Assembly (NCBI GenBank): GCA_963779615.1
Contig: CAVZZA010000004.1
Coordinates: 32,001-96,000 of the forward strand
Source of the DNA: an uncultured Nitrososphaeraceae archaeon
Lineage (GTDB): Archaea; Thermoproteota; Nitrososphaeria; Nitrososphaerales; Nitrososphaeraceae
DNA length: 64,000 nt
Direction of reading: 5' to 3'
Part shown: piece by piece, positions 19,923 through 31,689 of the stretch
Numbering within the stretch: the stretch's first letter is position 1
Layout: every line of letters starts with the position of its first letter
Made by a program: the position numbers and the translations under genes
Notes under the pieces: model-generated
What the model was told of the DNA's origin: nothing
What the model saw: only the letters and a program-made list of their open reading frames with translations
Database searches by the model: none

Positions 19923-19969
19923 CATAATTTAAGAATATGCATATAAACGTACTCGGATTTAGTGTGTAA

Positions 19970-20179
19970 ATGAAGAGAAAGAAAAACAGTAAAGTTCCTG
20001 GTCCTATACGAATAGGCATTGCCCTTCTTATTTTCGGTGCGATAGTTGTGGGTCTTGGTACTGTTTTAAATAAAGATGCCTTGTCCTTATATGGGTTTAT
20101 AGTTGTTGTGTGTGGTTTTTTTCTATATTTCGCATCTTCAATATACCTAAAAAAACAAGAAAAAAGCAAAATCAAGTAA
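19970..20179 (+). CDS. Small 2-TM membrane protein
   Basis: 69 aa, two hydrophobic helices with basic termini. Confidence 0.7.
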   Translation: MKRKKNSKVPGPIRIGIALLIFGAIVVGLGTVLNKDALSLYGFIVVVCGFFLYFASSIYLKKQEKSKIK

Positions 20180-23100
20180 CTATTGTATATAAATTGCAGG
20201 TTTAAATGGTCTTGAATGCTTTGATTTTTTGTGAGGATCTAGAATTCCATCCTGGTCTTCTTTGCATATTAATATATTGTCAGATGAAACATCATACTCG
20301 GTTGATAAGAGTGAAATAGCGTCAAGTAACGGTTTAGCCTCATCAAATTTGCCCATGTTGTGTCTTCTTTCTCTGTCTTTGGGAGTCAAAGAAAGAATGT
20401 CGTCAATTGTTTTTTTTATAAAGTCGGTATTGTTTTTTATGACGCCTCTTAAGTTATCATCATTATGTGAGTCAGCCAATAGCGCTTTCATTACTTCCCC
20501 AAAGTTTTTATTTTTATTTTGAGAATTTAAAAATAGCTTTAAAACCTTATAATATAAATAAATTTTATCCCCCGACGGTAAATATACATATATTTTGTTA
20601 ATCTTGGTGTTTTTTGTTATCTTTACTATTTTGTTTATATCATTTATTATATTTGAAATAAATTGTTCATTTTCGTCATAAACGTTATCGTTTCGTAAAT
20701 TGCTTTCGGGATATGGCCATGGACTGTTAAAAATTGAATCATTGTTACCAAATGTATGCCATAACTCTTCTGAAAGAAAAGGACAAAAAGGAGACAAAAT
20801 TTTGATTCTATTTATCAGGTATTTGTAAATTACAAGAATGTCTTTATTTTTTTTGTACAGTTTTCCGATTTTTGCAAATTTTCTTTTTTTATACCAATCA
20901 AAGTCTTTGTCCATCAAATATAGAGCAGCATTGAGAGCCTCTCTAATCTTTAATCTCTCAAAAGAATTTGTAATTTCAAATGTGTTAAGTTTTATCCTAC
21001 TTAACAACCATTCGTCCTCCATATCCAAGGTCTCAATTTTAGTAACTTTATTTAGGAAGTCGGTATCCAAAAAGCTATTAATTAAGTCTTTGTTGTCATT
21101 ATAGAATAAATTGCAAAAATGATATATTTCGTTTAATTTGGAATGTATTCCCTTAAGTGTTGAAAACGAAAAGTCAACATCCTGCAACAATTCGCCCAAA
21201 ACCAGCATCGCGACCCTTATTGAATCTGCGCCATATAGCTTGATTGCTTTTCTCAACGGTATTATATTTCCCATAGACTTGGACATTTTTTTCCCATCCA
21301 TCAAAACAGAGCCGTTTACGACAATTTGTTTAGGCCAATGTTTTTGAGGAAGCATGATGGAATGATTGAAAATAAAAAAGGAAAGGTGATTTGGAATAAG
21401 GTCTCTGCCCGAATGCCTGGAGTCCAACGGGTAGAAATACTCAAACTCTCTTTTTATCTCAAACGATAGGTTTAAAAAGTTCTTTAAATGGTCCATATCG
21501 AATGTTCCGTTCTCATTTTTTTGAAAATCCTCATTTGGGACTAAACTGCCATCTTCGTTTATTTTTTTAAAGTTTTTATCTCTTTTACTATATAAAACAT
21601 AATCGAAGAATGAGTCATCTATCAGGGTATCATATTTTTCCAAGTCTTTAGTGTTTACATATTTTGAAATAGTGTAGTAGATCATGTAAATTACTGAGTC
21701 AGACAAGCTTTCAATAATCCAATTCTTATCCCAGGGCAGCGGTGTTCCGAGTCCAGACTGCCTTGCGCACGCTCTCTCCCTTAACCAATTGAATACGTTC
21801 TCAAATTCCACTACGATTTCATCTGGTATCACCTCCATTTGCTTTAAGCATTTAAACGCTAATGCTTTCCACCTACTGTTGCCATAATTTATGAACCATT
21901 GATTATTGAGAACCTTTACATAACAAAGAGTACCGCATCTGCAATATACGGGTTTATTTGTTAACTCATAAAAAATTATTGAATTATTTGAGCTTAATAG
22001 TGTTCGTTTGACACTTTCTCTGGCTTTTGCAACAGCCATTCCTGTGTATGGTGTTTTATCATTCATAATTCCCTCATAAAATTCAAAACCGTATAAATCA
22101 GAGGTTGCCTTTTCCAAATTAGGATCAGATTGATCTTTGATAGAATATTTATTCAAGAAAAATAGTGATGGTGCAAAATCAAGGGTTCTACCATTAAAAC
22201 CTGGTTCCTTTGCTTGAGACTTTAGTCTATCAAAATCAAAATTAATTGTTTTTATAGGCTTTATGTTTTCAACAACTGTTTCTTTAAGCATAGGATCGCC
22301 TGATTTCTTAATGTCAAGCAACGCTTGCATGTCAAATGGTGCATGGGCTGGCACTGACATGACTATTCCACTTCCATCGTCCATACTAACAAAAGTTGCT
22401 GGCAGAACAGGTATGAGGGAATTGGTTATAGGGTTCTCAACCTCTCGATCGACTAGTCCCGAACCATTAATTTCACAAATAATTTCTGTTTCATAGTTTT
22501 GAAATTCCAATTTTTTTGCGGCAGTTTTACTTACAATCCACGTCTCATCATGATTTACTACAACCTTGAGATAGGGCTCCTGACTATTAACCCATAAATT
22601 AGTGGCACCAAAAATAGTCTCTGGTCGCAAAGTTGCCACAGGCAAAAATGTCTTTTCATCTGATAATTTAAACTTTATTAATGTGTATTCTGAAAATGAT
22701 GGCTCAATGTCTCCTAAAGTGTCATGTTGGCTTACAGGATTCCTGTCATTAGGACACCAACCGACAGGGTGAGACCCCTGTTCTATTACACCCAGATTTT
22801 GCAGTGTCTTGAACTGCCATGAGATAAACTTTTTGTATAAAGGATCAATTGTAGTAAATTCTCTTCTCCAATCAATAGAATAACCCATTTCAATCATTCC
22901 GGATTTGATTTCATTATGAAAATATTTCGCTATATTCATTGGATCAGCAAAGGAGTCAATTGTGTTCTGGTCAATCGAATATATTTTTTTAAAATTATCA
23001 ATTATTTCCTTGTCTTTAGATTGTACCCTTTTTGACATTCCCAGTATTGGGGTGCCCGTATAATGGAATCCCATCGGAAAAAGAACATTGTACCCTTTCA

Positions 23101-23350
23101 ATTTGTAGTATCGAGCATGGACATCTGCCAAAGTGTAGGTTCTTCCATGTCCAATGTGTTGAGGGGAATTTGGGTATGGATAAGCCACAGTAATGAAAAA
23201 CTTTTCCTTGGAATAATCAAGATCAGAATTATTTATTTTATTTTTAGCCCAATAGCCTATCCATTTTTCTTCAATTAGATTCCAAGTAACTTCACTATTT
23301 TTTTTAAAATTATCATTATGTTCAGAATCAGGAGATAATTTTGTGAGCAT
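20180..23350 (-). CDS. leuS: Leucine--tRNA ligase (archaeal type)
   Basis: AYPYPNSPQHIGH, ATLRPET editing domain, KMSKS. Confidence 0.97.
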   Translation of the reverse strand: MLTKLSPDSEHNDNFKKNSEVTWNLIEEKWIGYWAKNKINNSDLDYSKEKFFITVAYPYPNSPQHIGHGRTYTLADVHARYYKLKGYNVLFPMGFHYTGTPILGMSKRVQSKDKEIIDNFKKIYSIDQNTIDSFADPMNIAKYFHNEIKSGMIEMGYSIDWRREFTTIDPLYKKFISWQFKTLQNLGVIEQGSHPVGWCPNDRNPVSQHDTLGDIEPSFSEYTLIKFKLSDEKTFLPVATLRPETIFGATNLWVNSQEPYLKVVVNHDETWIVSKTAAKKLEFQNYETEIICEINGSGLVDREVENPITNSLIPVLPATFVSMDDGSGIVMSVPAHAPFDMQALLDIKKSGDPMLKETVVENIKPIKTINFDFDRLKSQAKEPGFNGRTLDFAPSLFFLNKYSIKDQSDPNLEKATSDLYGFEFYEGIMNDKTPYTGMAVAKARESVKRTLLSSNNSIIFYELTNKPVYCRCGTLCYVKVLNNQWFINYGNSRWKALAFKCLKQMEVIPDEIVVEFENVFNWLRERACARQSGLGTPLPWDKNWIIESLSDSVIYMIYYTISKYVNTKDLEKYDTLIDDSFFDYVLYSKRDKNFKKINEDGSLVPNEDFQKNENGTFDMDHLKNFLNLSFEIKREFEYFYPLDSRHSGRDLIPNHLSFFIFNHSIMLPQKHWPKQIVVNGSVLMDGKKMSKSMGNIIPLRKAIKLYGADSIRVAMLVLGELLQDVDFSFSTLKGIHSKLNEIYHFCNLFYNDNKDLINSFLDTDFLNKVTKIETLDMEDEWLLSRIKLNTFEITNSFERLKIREALNAALYLMDKDFDWYKKRKFAKIGKLYKKNKDILVIYKYLINRIKILSPFCPFLSEELWHTFGNNDSIFNSPWPYPESNLRNDNVYDENEQFISNIINDINKIVKITKNTKINKIYVYLPSGDKIYLYYKVLKLFLNSQNKNKNFGEVMKALLADSHNDDNLRGVIKNNTDFIKKTIDDILSLTPKDRERRHNMGKFDEAKPLLDAISLLSTEYDVSSDNILICKEDQDGILDPHKKSKHSRPFKPAIYIQ

Positions 23351-23463
23351 TAACTTTAAACAATTGATTATGGGCTATTATTTAGTTTATCCATCATTTT
23401 TTAAATTATGCATAGACATTCAAATAACATTTTTTCAGAAAGGATTGTCCGGTGAGACTCGCA

Positions 23464-24303
23464 TCAATAACTATATTTTATTTGTATGCTTTTATCTTTG
23501 TCTAAAATACCATTTATTTTTGCTAGTTCAAAGAGTTTGGAAATCGACCTTTTTCCCTCTAATTTCATTTCAATTGTAAAATCATTGACATACATTTGAA
23601 TGAACTTTGTGAGTATGCTTTTAGGGGCATTTCTGCCATATTTTGAAGAAAAATCTACAGCCTCATCTAAATGGTTTAAACTATATTTTATTGAACGCTT
23701 TAATAAATTGTCAAATTCAATTATCTGCATGGAACTTAAATGCTGAGAGCTGGCAACATTTATTCCCAGTGGAACCGGCAAACCCCCAGTTTTATCATTC
23801 CACCAATTTCCCAAATCAAATGTTTTGGTTAGATGCAAATCTGAATATGCAATTTGTGATTCATGAATAACCAAACCAAAATCAATTTCCCCGCGAATTA
23901 CAGCATTTGGAATTTCAGAAAAAAGCATCTCCTTACAGTCTAGTTTACCTAAAGCTATAGACATCAAAAGATATGCAGATGTCATTAATCCAGGTATGCC
24001 AATTACTCCTTCCTGTATTTGCCCAATAGAATTTTTTTTTGATACTATTATTGGACCGTAGCCTATTCCAAAACTTCCTCCGGTGTTTAAAATAACATAG
24101 TCTGAAGTATAGGCATAGGCATGTGCAGATATGGCAGTTATTTCTAATTCGTGATTTAAGGTCCTTTTATTTAATTTTTCTATGTCCTCAATCACATGCT
24201 CGATTAGGAAATCCCCAGTTGAAATTAATCCTGTTTCTAAGGCGTAAAACATGAAAGCATCATCCGAATCTGGTGTATGACCCACCTTTATTTTTAAAAC
24301 CAT
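23464..24303 (-). CDS. mqnD: 1,4-dihydroxy-6-naphthoate synthase (futalosine pathway)
   Basis: GHTPDSDDAFMFY, GYGP, IHESQ, DLGNWW, LPVPLG, MYVNDFT. Confidence 0.85.
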   Translation of the reverse strand: MVLKIKVGHTPDSDDAFMFYALETGLISTGDFLIEHVIEDIEKLNKRTLNHELEITAISAHAYAYTSDYVILNTGGSFGIGYGPIIVSKKNSIGQIQEGVIGIPGLMTSAYLLMSIALGKLDCKEMLFSEIPNAVIRGEIDFGLVIHESQIAYSDLHLTKTFDLGNWWNDKTGGLPVPLGINVASSQHLSSMQIIEFDNLLKRSIKYSLNHLDEAVDFSSKYGRNAPKSILTKFIQMYVNDFTIEMKLEGKRSISKLFELAKINGILDKDKSIQIKYSY

Positions 24304-24480
24304 AACGTGAACAATTTTTTAGTATTACTATGTTAATTATAAAAGTTAAAAATTCTTTCGAAAATCTGCTTAACATTACATCAAACGTTATATATAGAGT
24401 TGCAAAATCGGATATATCTGTCATAAACAATACAGCAAGGAACGTTTAATAACCCAAAAAAGTTTTTTTTGAATTGTACC

Positions 24481-26685
24481 ATGCCGAAGTTTAAATCGAC
24501 TCAAGATATCGTTAGAATTATAGGAAATAGAGACCAAGTAAGAAATTTTGGTGTAATTGCTCATGTAGACCATGGGAAAACTACTATGAGTGATAGTCTT
24601 TTAGCAGCATCTGGAATTATCTCTCCAAGTGTTGCAGGACAAGCCCTAGCCCTTGATTCTATGAAACTTGAACAAAACAGACAGATGACAATTAGAGGGG
24701 CAAATGTCACTTTATTTTATGAAAATGAAGATGGTAAAGAATATGTTATAAATATGATTGATACTCCCGGACACATTGATTTTACTGGGAGGGTAACAAG
24801 AGCTCTAAGGGCAATAGACGGCGTGGTTGTTGTTTCTGATTCAGTGGAGGGAATCATGACTCAGACAGAAACCGTAACTCGTCAGGCTTTAGAGGAAAGG
24901 GTCAGGCCTGTTCTATACATTAACAAAATTGACCGATTGGTAAAAGAGTTGAGACTAGATCCTGCAGCAATGCAGAAATGGTTGGCGAACATCATTGCTG
25001 AATTCAACAGACTTGTGGATTTGTACGCAGAACCTGAAATCAAAGACAAATGGAAGGTTAGTATTCAAGGGAATACCGTCGCTTTTGGTTCAGCAAAGGA
25101 TAGGTGGGGATTTAACTTCAATGTGGCGCAGAAAAAGGGAATAAGCTTCAAAGATGTCTATGACGCCTATACATCGACTGACTCTGGTGCCATAAAGAAA
25201 CTAGCTGAAAGGGCACCTTTGCACGATGCGGTACTGGGAATGGTTGTGCAACATCATCCGCCTCCCCACGTTGCCCAAAAATACAGAATACCAAAGATAT
25301 GGCCAGGTGACCTTGATTCTGACATTGGAAAATCTTTGTTAAATTGTGATGAAAAGGGTCCTGCCTTAATGATGGTAACCACAATAAATGTTGATCCGCA
25401 AGCGGGTAGGGTAGCTACCGGTAGACTATTCTCTGGTACTATCAAAGACGGTGATGAGGTATATTTGATAGATTCCAAAAGAACTGGAAAAGTACAGTCT
25501 GTCAATATTTACATGGGTAACACTCGGGAAGTGGTAAATGTTATACCTTGTGGAAACATTCCTGCTTTATTGGGGCTAGACTATGCAGTAGCTGGAGAAA
25601 CAATTTCCACGGTTAAAAACGTCAATCCTTTTGAATCCATTAAGTATGTTTCTGAACCTGTCGTTACAATTGCTGTTGAGCCTAAACACCCCAAAGATCT
25701 CCCTAAACTTGTCGAAGCATTGCGAAGGATAACCGTGGAAGATCCCAACCTGATCATCAAGATAAATGAAGAATCAGGAGAAACATTGATGGCTGGGATG
25801 GGAGTGTTACATCTTGAAATCGCCACCTCGTTGCTCCTAGAGGCGGGCTTAGATATCAAAACCACACAACCATTAATCAACTATAGAGAAACAATAAAAG
25901 GTAGAACAGGGCCACTGATGAGCAAATCGCCAAATAAACACAATAAAATTTTCATGAGGGCAGAACCCTTAAGCGAAGAGGTCATTGAAATGATAAAGAC
26001 AGGAAAGTTGCATGAGGACATGGATAAAAAGGAATTATCAAGGTTATTGAGAGAAAAGGGCTGGAGCACCGATGAGGCAAGAAGTGTAGTGACTGTGGAC
26101 CGCAGTGGCAATATGTTGTCGGATGAAACTAAAGGTGTTCAATTTATCCAAGAGTCTATGGATTCAATAAAGTCCGGATTTGATGATGTCATCCATTCTG
26201 GTCCTATAGCGCAAGAATCTGTGAGAGGATTGAGATTTGTATTACATCACTTTGTGCCCCATGAGGACCCTGCGCATAGAGGTCTTGCACAATTGTTGCC
26301 CGCCACAAGAAGAGCAATGCTCGGTACTATGTTAATGGCCGACCCTGTTCTGTTGGAACCCATATTGGGAATAGAGGTAAAATGCCCCCAGGAACAAATT
26401 GGAACAGTAGCAGGAATTCTGTCAAGCAAGAGGGGTAAATTGTTAAATGTTGACCAAAAAGGAATAATTGCAATTATTTTAGGTGAGGTTCCAGCCTCGG
26501 AAACATTTGATCTGTCCGAATTGATGAGGGGTGGAACCGCCGGAAAGGCTATGTGGAGCACGTATTTTAAAACATGGCAGCCAATACCACAATCAGTTAT
26601 CAAAACTACGGTTGCAGACATTAGGAAAAGAAAGGGATTAAATCCAGAAGCACCATCTGCTGACGAATTCATAGATAAGGAATAG
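24481..26685 (+). CDS. fusA: Elongation factor 2 (aEF-2)
   Basis: AHVDHGKTT, DTPGH, NKID, GMGVLHL, diphthamide loop HEDPAHRG. Confidence 0.98.
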   Translation: MPKFKSTQDIVRIIGNRDQVRNFGVIAHVDHGKTTMSDSLLAASGIISPSVAGQALALDSMKLEQNRQMTIRGANVTLFYENEDGKEYVINMIDTPGHIDFTGRVTRALRAIDGVVVVSDSVEGIMTQTETVTRQALEERVRPVLYINKIDRLVKELRLDPAAMQKWLANIIAEFNRLVDLYAEPEIKDKWKVSIQGNTVAFGSAKDRWGFNFNVAQKKGISFKDVYDAYTSTDSGAIKKLAERAPLHDAVLGMVVQHHPPPHVAQKYRIPKIWPGDLDSDIGKSLLNCDEKGPALMMVTTINVDPQAGRVATGRLFSGTIKDGDEVYLIDSKRTGKVQSVNIYMGNTREVVNVIPCGNIPALLGLDYAVAGETISTVKNVNPFESIKYVSEPVVTIAVEPKHPKDLPKLVEALRRITVEDPNLIIKINEESGETLMAGMGVLHLEIATSLLLEAGLDIKTTQPLINYRETIKGRTGPLMSKSPNKHNKIFMRAEPLSEEVIEMIKTGKLHEDMDKKELSRLLREKGWSTDEARSVVTVDRSGNMLSDETKGVQFIQESMDSIKSGFDDVIHSGPIAQESVRGLRFVLHHFVPHEDPAHRGLAQLLPATRRAMLGTMLMADPVLLEPILGIEVKCPQEQIGTVAGILSSKRGKLLNVDQKGIIAIILGEVPASETFDLSELMRGGTAGKAMWSTYFKTWQPIPQSVIKTTVADIRKRKGLNPEAPSADEFIDKE

Positions 26686-26696
26686 TTTTTCCCTTT

Positions 26697-27650
26697 TTAT
26701 TTTTTAACGCTGCACGATTCTACATATCTTTTCTTCAATACTTTAGCCATAATTACAATAGAAAGGGTCAATAGTGGTATACTGATAATAACAAATATTA
26801 TTTGGTATACGCTTAAATAAGAAAAAGTGATTATGGAGCTGAATCCTGCCAAAGAATAAAAGAAACTTCCTGCGCATGTAGGACAGCCAACAAATAAACC
26901 TGAAGACATTCCCAAAAAACTAAAAAAACTCCTTTTAGATAGTTTCAGCGATTTGATTTGCTTTAGTAAAAAAATATTAAAAGTTACGTTCATTCCGACT
27001 AGAACGGAAATTACAATACCCAGAAGAAAATTAATAGGAATTATCAGAAATGAGAAATTACTATTGACGGAAAGTATTATCATTGGGACATAACCTAGAG
27101 AATTGCAGCAAATTATCAAATTATATTTAGGGTAGTGGTGAACTACTGAATTCACTCCATCATTCTTATCGTTAGCATTGTGTTGGTGATTATGTAAAGT
27201 GGAGCTTGTATTATGTGGTTGTTGACTTTGTGTATTGAAAACAGAAAAAACTGTGCCATCATTGTTAAAAAAAATGAAGATGTTGGAAAGAAACCCGAAA
27301 AAAAGAAAATAAATTGTAGTTGTGACAATAAAAAGTGTTTTATAATTTTTTTTTTTAAAAGATGATTGAACGTAATAAATCAGTTTTGAAGGGTTTGATT
27401 CTTGGTATTTTTTTGAAAAAAAGGCCTTTTTTATCCCAATTATAATAAAAGAGACACAAACAAAAAAAGCCGACAAAACCATTACAGCAAATACATAAAG
27501 GGAGTGATTAATGAAAACCTCATTTTCTGGTGATGTGTTCCTGGAATAAACATACAGGATCAATAGTGAGGATAATCCACTTAATACTGAAAGTAAAATT
27601 CCTTTTCGGTAATTCAACGCACCTTTTTTATCTTTATCAGTCATCATCAA
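26697..27650 (-). CDS. Multi-TM membrane protein with His-rich loop, CC and GCPTC motifs
   Basis: About 6 hydrophobic helices; HNHQH, ICCN, GCPTCAG. Confidence 0.8.
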   Translation of the reverse strand: MMMTDKDKKGALNYRKGILLSVLSGLSSLLILYVYSRNTSPENEVFINHSLYVFAVMVLSAFFVCVSFIIIGIKKAFFSKKYQESNPSKLIYYVQSSFKKKNYKTLFIVTTTIYFLFFGFLSNIFIFFNNDGTVFSVFNTQSQQPHNTSSTLHNHQHNANDKNDGVNSVVHHYPKYNLIICCNSLGYVPMIILSVNSNFSFLIIPINFLLGIVISVLVGMNVTFNIFLLKQIKSLKLSKRSFFSFLGMSSGLFVGCPTCAGSFFYSLAGFSSIITFSYLSVYQIIFVIISIPLLTLSIVIMAKVLKKRYVESCSVKK

Positions 27651-27760
27651 AATAATTGAACTATAAAATAAGAGTTTTTAATAAATTTTTTTTTAATATG
27701 TGTCAATATTTGTAGTGATAATCAGAAGAAAAATGAGCATATGCTTTGATTTTGCATATT

Positions 27761-28855
27761 TCAATCAACAATGTTAAAAAATGTGTCTCTTTGTACAGGA
27801 TTTCTACCTATTTCTTTTACTAAAAATTTTAGTTCTGCTGAGGAAGTTTGATTGGATTTTCCAGCCGCCTTAAAAATCTCTTCAGAAAATGCAGTTCCAA
27901 CCAAATCATTTCCACCATAACAAAGTGCAACCTGAGCTAATTTCTTTCCCAAAGCCACCCAATAAACGGATATGTTTTTTAAACTTTTATAGAATAGTAG
28001 CCTTGACAATGCAATTATCCTTAGGTCATATGTAGATGGGCTCTCTGCTGTCAAAGTGTGTTGTTTTTCTAACTCCGTGTTTTCCAAACTAAATTTTAAG
28101 GGAATAAAAGTGGTAAAGCCATTGGTTTTTTTATTCAGCTCCCTTAGTTTTATTATGTGGTCTACTATGTCTTCAGGTTTTTCTATATGCCCAAACAGCA
28201 TTGTGCAATTACCTCTCAAGCCAATTGTGTGGGCTTGATAAGCGGTATCAAGCCATTCATCTCCAGAGCATTTGCCAAGAACTATTTTATCCCTGGTATG
28301 TTTGTTAAAAATTTCTGCACCCCCACCTGGAAGCGCATCAAGACCGGCAAGTTTTAATCTTTCAAGGACTTCTTTTACCGAATTTTTTGTAACTTTGGAA
28401 ATAAAGAATATTTCAGCAGGCGTCAAGGCTTTGATGATGGTTTTAGGAAACCTTTGCTTTATTGATTTGAACATGTTTTCATAGTAATCAAGGCCAAGTT
28501 TTGCATTAAAACCACCAACAATGTGTAGTTCGGTAGCACCTAAATCGTTAACTGCTATTTCAGCTCTTTTAACAATTTGCTCAGGAGACAGGGTATATGC
28601 GTCATCATCTTTTTCTTTTCTGTAAAATGCGCATAATTGGCAACTGGCTGCACAGATATTCGTATAGTTTAAGTAATATGATGAAACAAAACTTACGTTA
28701 TTTCCAGTCAAGTCTTTTCTTAACTTGTCTGCGGCGGCTCCCAATAGAAATAAATTTTCTTCATTTATCAATTCTAATCCATCACTAAAATCCAGTTCTT
28801 CACCAGCAAGAACTTTTTCAAGAGATGCGGTAGGTTTGATAGTAGTTTTAGACAA
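27761..28855 (-). CDS. mqnE: Radical SAM CofH/MqnE family, probable aminofutalosine synthase
   Basis: NYTNICAASCQLCAF, ELHIVGG, PGGGAEIF, TMLFGHIE, FIPLKF. Confidence 0.82.
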   Translation of the reverse strand: MSKTTIKPTASLEKVLAGEELDFSDGLELINEENLFLLGAAADKLRKDLTGNNVSFVSSYYLNYTNICAASCQLCAFYRKEKDDDAYTLSPEQIVKRAEIAVNDLGATELHIVGGFNAKLGLDYYENMFKSIKQRFPKTIIKALTPAEIFFISKVTKNSVKEVLERLKLAGLDALPGGGAEIFNKHTRDKIVLGKCSGDEWLDTAYQAHTIGLRGNCTMLFGHIEKPEDIVDHIIKLRELNKKTNGFTTFIPLKFSLENTELEKQHTLTAESPSTYDLRIIALSRLLFYKSLKNISVYWVALGKKLAQVALCYGGNDLVGTAFSEEIFKAAGKSNQTSSAELKFLVKEIGRNPVQRDTFFNIVD

Positions 28856-28980
28856 TTTATTATTATTATTGTTTAAAAAATATAAGTGCTTTTAAATCCG
28901 ATCTGGATCTATGGTTGTTGGGCCAAAAATACTAGATCAAAAAAAGATTAAATTATAGCAAGGTTAAGTGTAATTGTTTC

Positions 28981-30109
28981 TTGCAAAACATCCAACTTGT
29001 AGATAGCTATTTAAAAAATTCTGATCTCGATAATACAATAAATAATGTATTTAAAAATAATGACATAAAAATAAATGATTTAATTGAACTTTTAGAAACA
29101 AAAGACATACAGCATCTGGGGTTAGTAGGTAACTATCTTAGAAATAGTCTATATGGAAACACGGTTACCTTCATTAATAATTTAATTCTTAACTATACCA
29201 ATGTATGTATCACATACTGCAAATTTTGTGCCTTTTATAGGCCACCAAATCATGAAGAGTCATATACAGTGTCTTTGGAAGAAATATTAAATAGAATCGT
29301 TTTTGCAAAATCAAATTATAACATAAAACAAGTGTTATTTCAGGGGGGACATAACCCAAAGCTAAATATTGAGTACTTTGAAGATGTTTTCAAAGCAATA
29401 AAAGAAAAGTGTCCTGATGTGGCCATTCATGGGTTATCAGCATCAGAAATAGATATGATTTCAAAGGTAAACAGATCAAGTTACAATGGAAGTTTTGCAG
29501 AGATTAAAAAAAGCAGGATTAGACAGTCTTCCAGGTGCCGGAGCAGAAATCCTGGATGATGAGGTTAAAAAAGTTATCAGTCCATTAAAAATATCCAGTG
29601 ATACTTGGTTAAGAATAATGGAAGAGGCTCATAGCTTGAATATTAAGTCTTCTGCTACAATGATGTATGGAACCGTTGAAACCATTGAACACAGAGCGCG
29701 TCATCTAATAAAAATACTAAATTTGCAAAGAAAAACAAGGGGCTTTATGGCCTTTATCCCTTGGAGCTTTGAACCCAATAGAACAGAGATACAGGATAAA
29801 GGATTAGTTTCACATGCTCTAGGTGGTTTTGAATTATTGAAAATGATATCTGTATCAAGGATAATTTTTAATGGGTTGATAGACCATTTGCAATCCTCAT
29901 GGCTTACCAATGGTGTTGGAATGGCGCAACTAGCAATATTTCACGGCTCGGATGATTTTGGTGGAACATTGATTGGGGAAGAGGTGGTTAGTGCTACAGG
30001 TGCTCGTTCGACGGAATTATTGTCTGGAAATATCATAAATTCGATTAAAGCAATGAACTTTATTCCGGCTGAAAGAAACAATAATTATGAAATAGTAAAA
30101 TACTACTAG
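28981..30109 (+). CDS. mqnC: Cyclic dehypoxanthine futalosine synthase, split by a +1 frameshift near 29481
   Basis: NYTNVCITYCKFCAF, QGGHNP, then PGAGAEIL, ATMMYG, AFIPWSF, QSSW. Deleting one t from agatcaagttacaatg joins the two ORFs. Confidence 0.88.
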
Positions 30110-30220
30110 TGTTTATGAATGTGATGCTTTTAGCAGATTTGTTGACAACTGCCTAAAAACAGAGTTATTGAACAACACTATAAATAGATTTATAAACGTA
30201 TTTGCCTAAAACTCATAACT

Positions 30221-31619
30221 GTGCCAGTAGGTATAGACGACCTGGCTATCTATATTCCGAAGCTTTATATCGATTACAAAGACTTTGCTGAAGCAAGAGG
30301 CATCGATCCCCAAAAACTAGAATACGGAATTGGAATAAAAAAGATGGCCTTGGTAGATGCTAATCAGGATCCAGCATGCATGGCTGCAAATGCATGTATA
30401 AGAGTGATGAAAAAAAATGATTTAAGTCCACAAGACATTGGCAGGATTTATGTAGCAACAGAGTCATCTTTAGACGAATCAAAAGCTATGAACTCGTTTG
30501 TAATTGGAATGCTAGAACAAGTCTATGGCGAAGATTCATTAGAGCATGCAGGTGGGATAGAGTGCAAGTTTGCATGTGTTAGTGGCTCTTACGCCCTTTA
30601 TGACAATGCAAATTGGATAAGAGCGGGTGAAAATGGAGATAAATCTGCAATAGTTATTGTTAGTGATATTGCAAAATATGACATTGGTTCTGCAGGTGAA
30701 TATACTCAGGGGGCTGGTGCTGTAGCTTTACTGATAAAAGATAATCCAAGATTGTTAGCATTTGATGACAAAGTGACATCAACAATAATAAAAAATGAAT
30801 ATGATTTCTATAGGCCGTTTGGAAAAGAAACACCACTTGTCAATGGAATGTACCTCTAACCTACTATACCTCATTCAGGTAAGAAAAGCGCTTGAAGCAT
30901 ATAAAGAAAAGGCATTAAAATCAGGATTTATAAACCTAAAAAAAGATGAGTCCATTATAGACTATATCGATTACATAAACGTACACTTACCATATAAAAA
31001 AATGGGTGAAAAAGCATTAGCTTACTTATTAAGGCATGAATGGAGAAATTTGTCAAAATGGAAAGATATGATCTCCCAAATAAAACAAAATGAGCCTGTG
31101 CCTAAAGACCCGAGGGGAACTATCGAATCAATATTGGCCGATACAGAATTTATGAAAGCAGATGAGAAGTTTAGAAAAGCCTTCATAAAAACAAATGATT
31201 TCAAGGAAACCTATGATAAAAAAATGTCATCCTCCTTAGAGGCATCAACCATAATAGGGAATCTTTACACAGCTTCGATGTATATGGGTTTTAGGAGTTT
31301 GGTAGAATTTGAATACATTAAAGGGATGGATCTTTATGGCAAACGAGTAGGGTTCGGATCATATGGGAGCGGATGCAGCGCAATGGTCTTCTCTGGAGTA
31401 TTTCAGGAAAATTATAAAGAAATAGCAAGCAGGATGGATTTGGATAAAGAAATAGGTCCGAGAACAAAAATATCAATAAGCGATTATGAAAAACTGCATA
31501 ACAATACCAAAAAATATAGTGAAGCATTTTCTAACGCAGAAAATGAATTCATTCTGGTAAGAATAGGTGGAAATACGGCAGACAGGGCTGGGTTCAGAGA
31601 ATATAGCTTTGCATCATAA
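30221..31619 (+). CDS. Hydroxymethylglutaryl-CoA synthase, split by a +1 frameshift near 30853
   Basis: ATES, KFACVSG, EYTQGAGA, YDFYRP, HLPY, GNLYTAS, SYGSG. Deleting one c from tacctctaac restores NGMYSNLLY. Confidence 0.93.
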
Positions 31620-31689
31620 CCGTATTGTAGAAATCGAATCCTTCAATTTTAACTAATACGGATAATACTTTATTTTTATCTTGTCTCTT

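Noticed and set aside
28981-31619. Programmed frameshifting or true pseudogenisation of mqnC and HMG-CoA synthase
   Set aside because: No slippery heptamers, no other decay, and the same +1 duplication pattern appears in several genes, so sequencing error is more likely.
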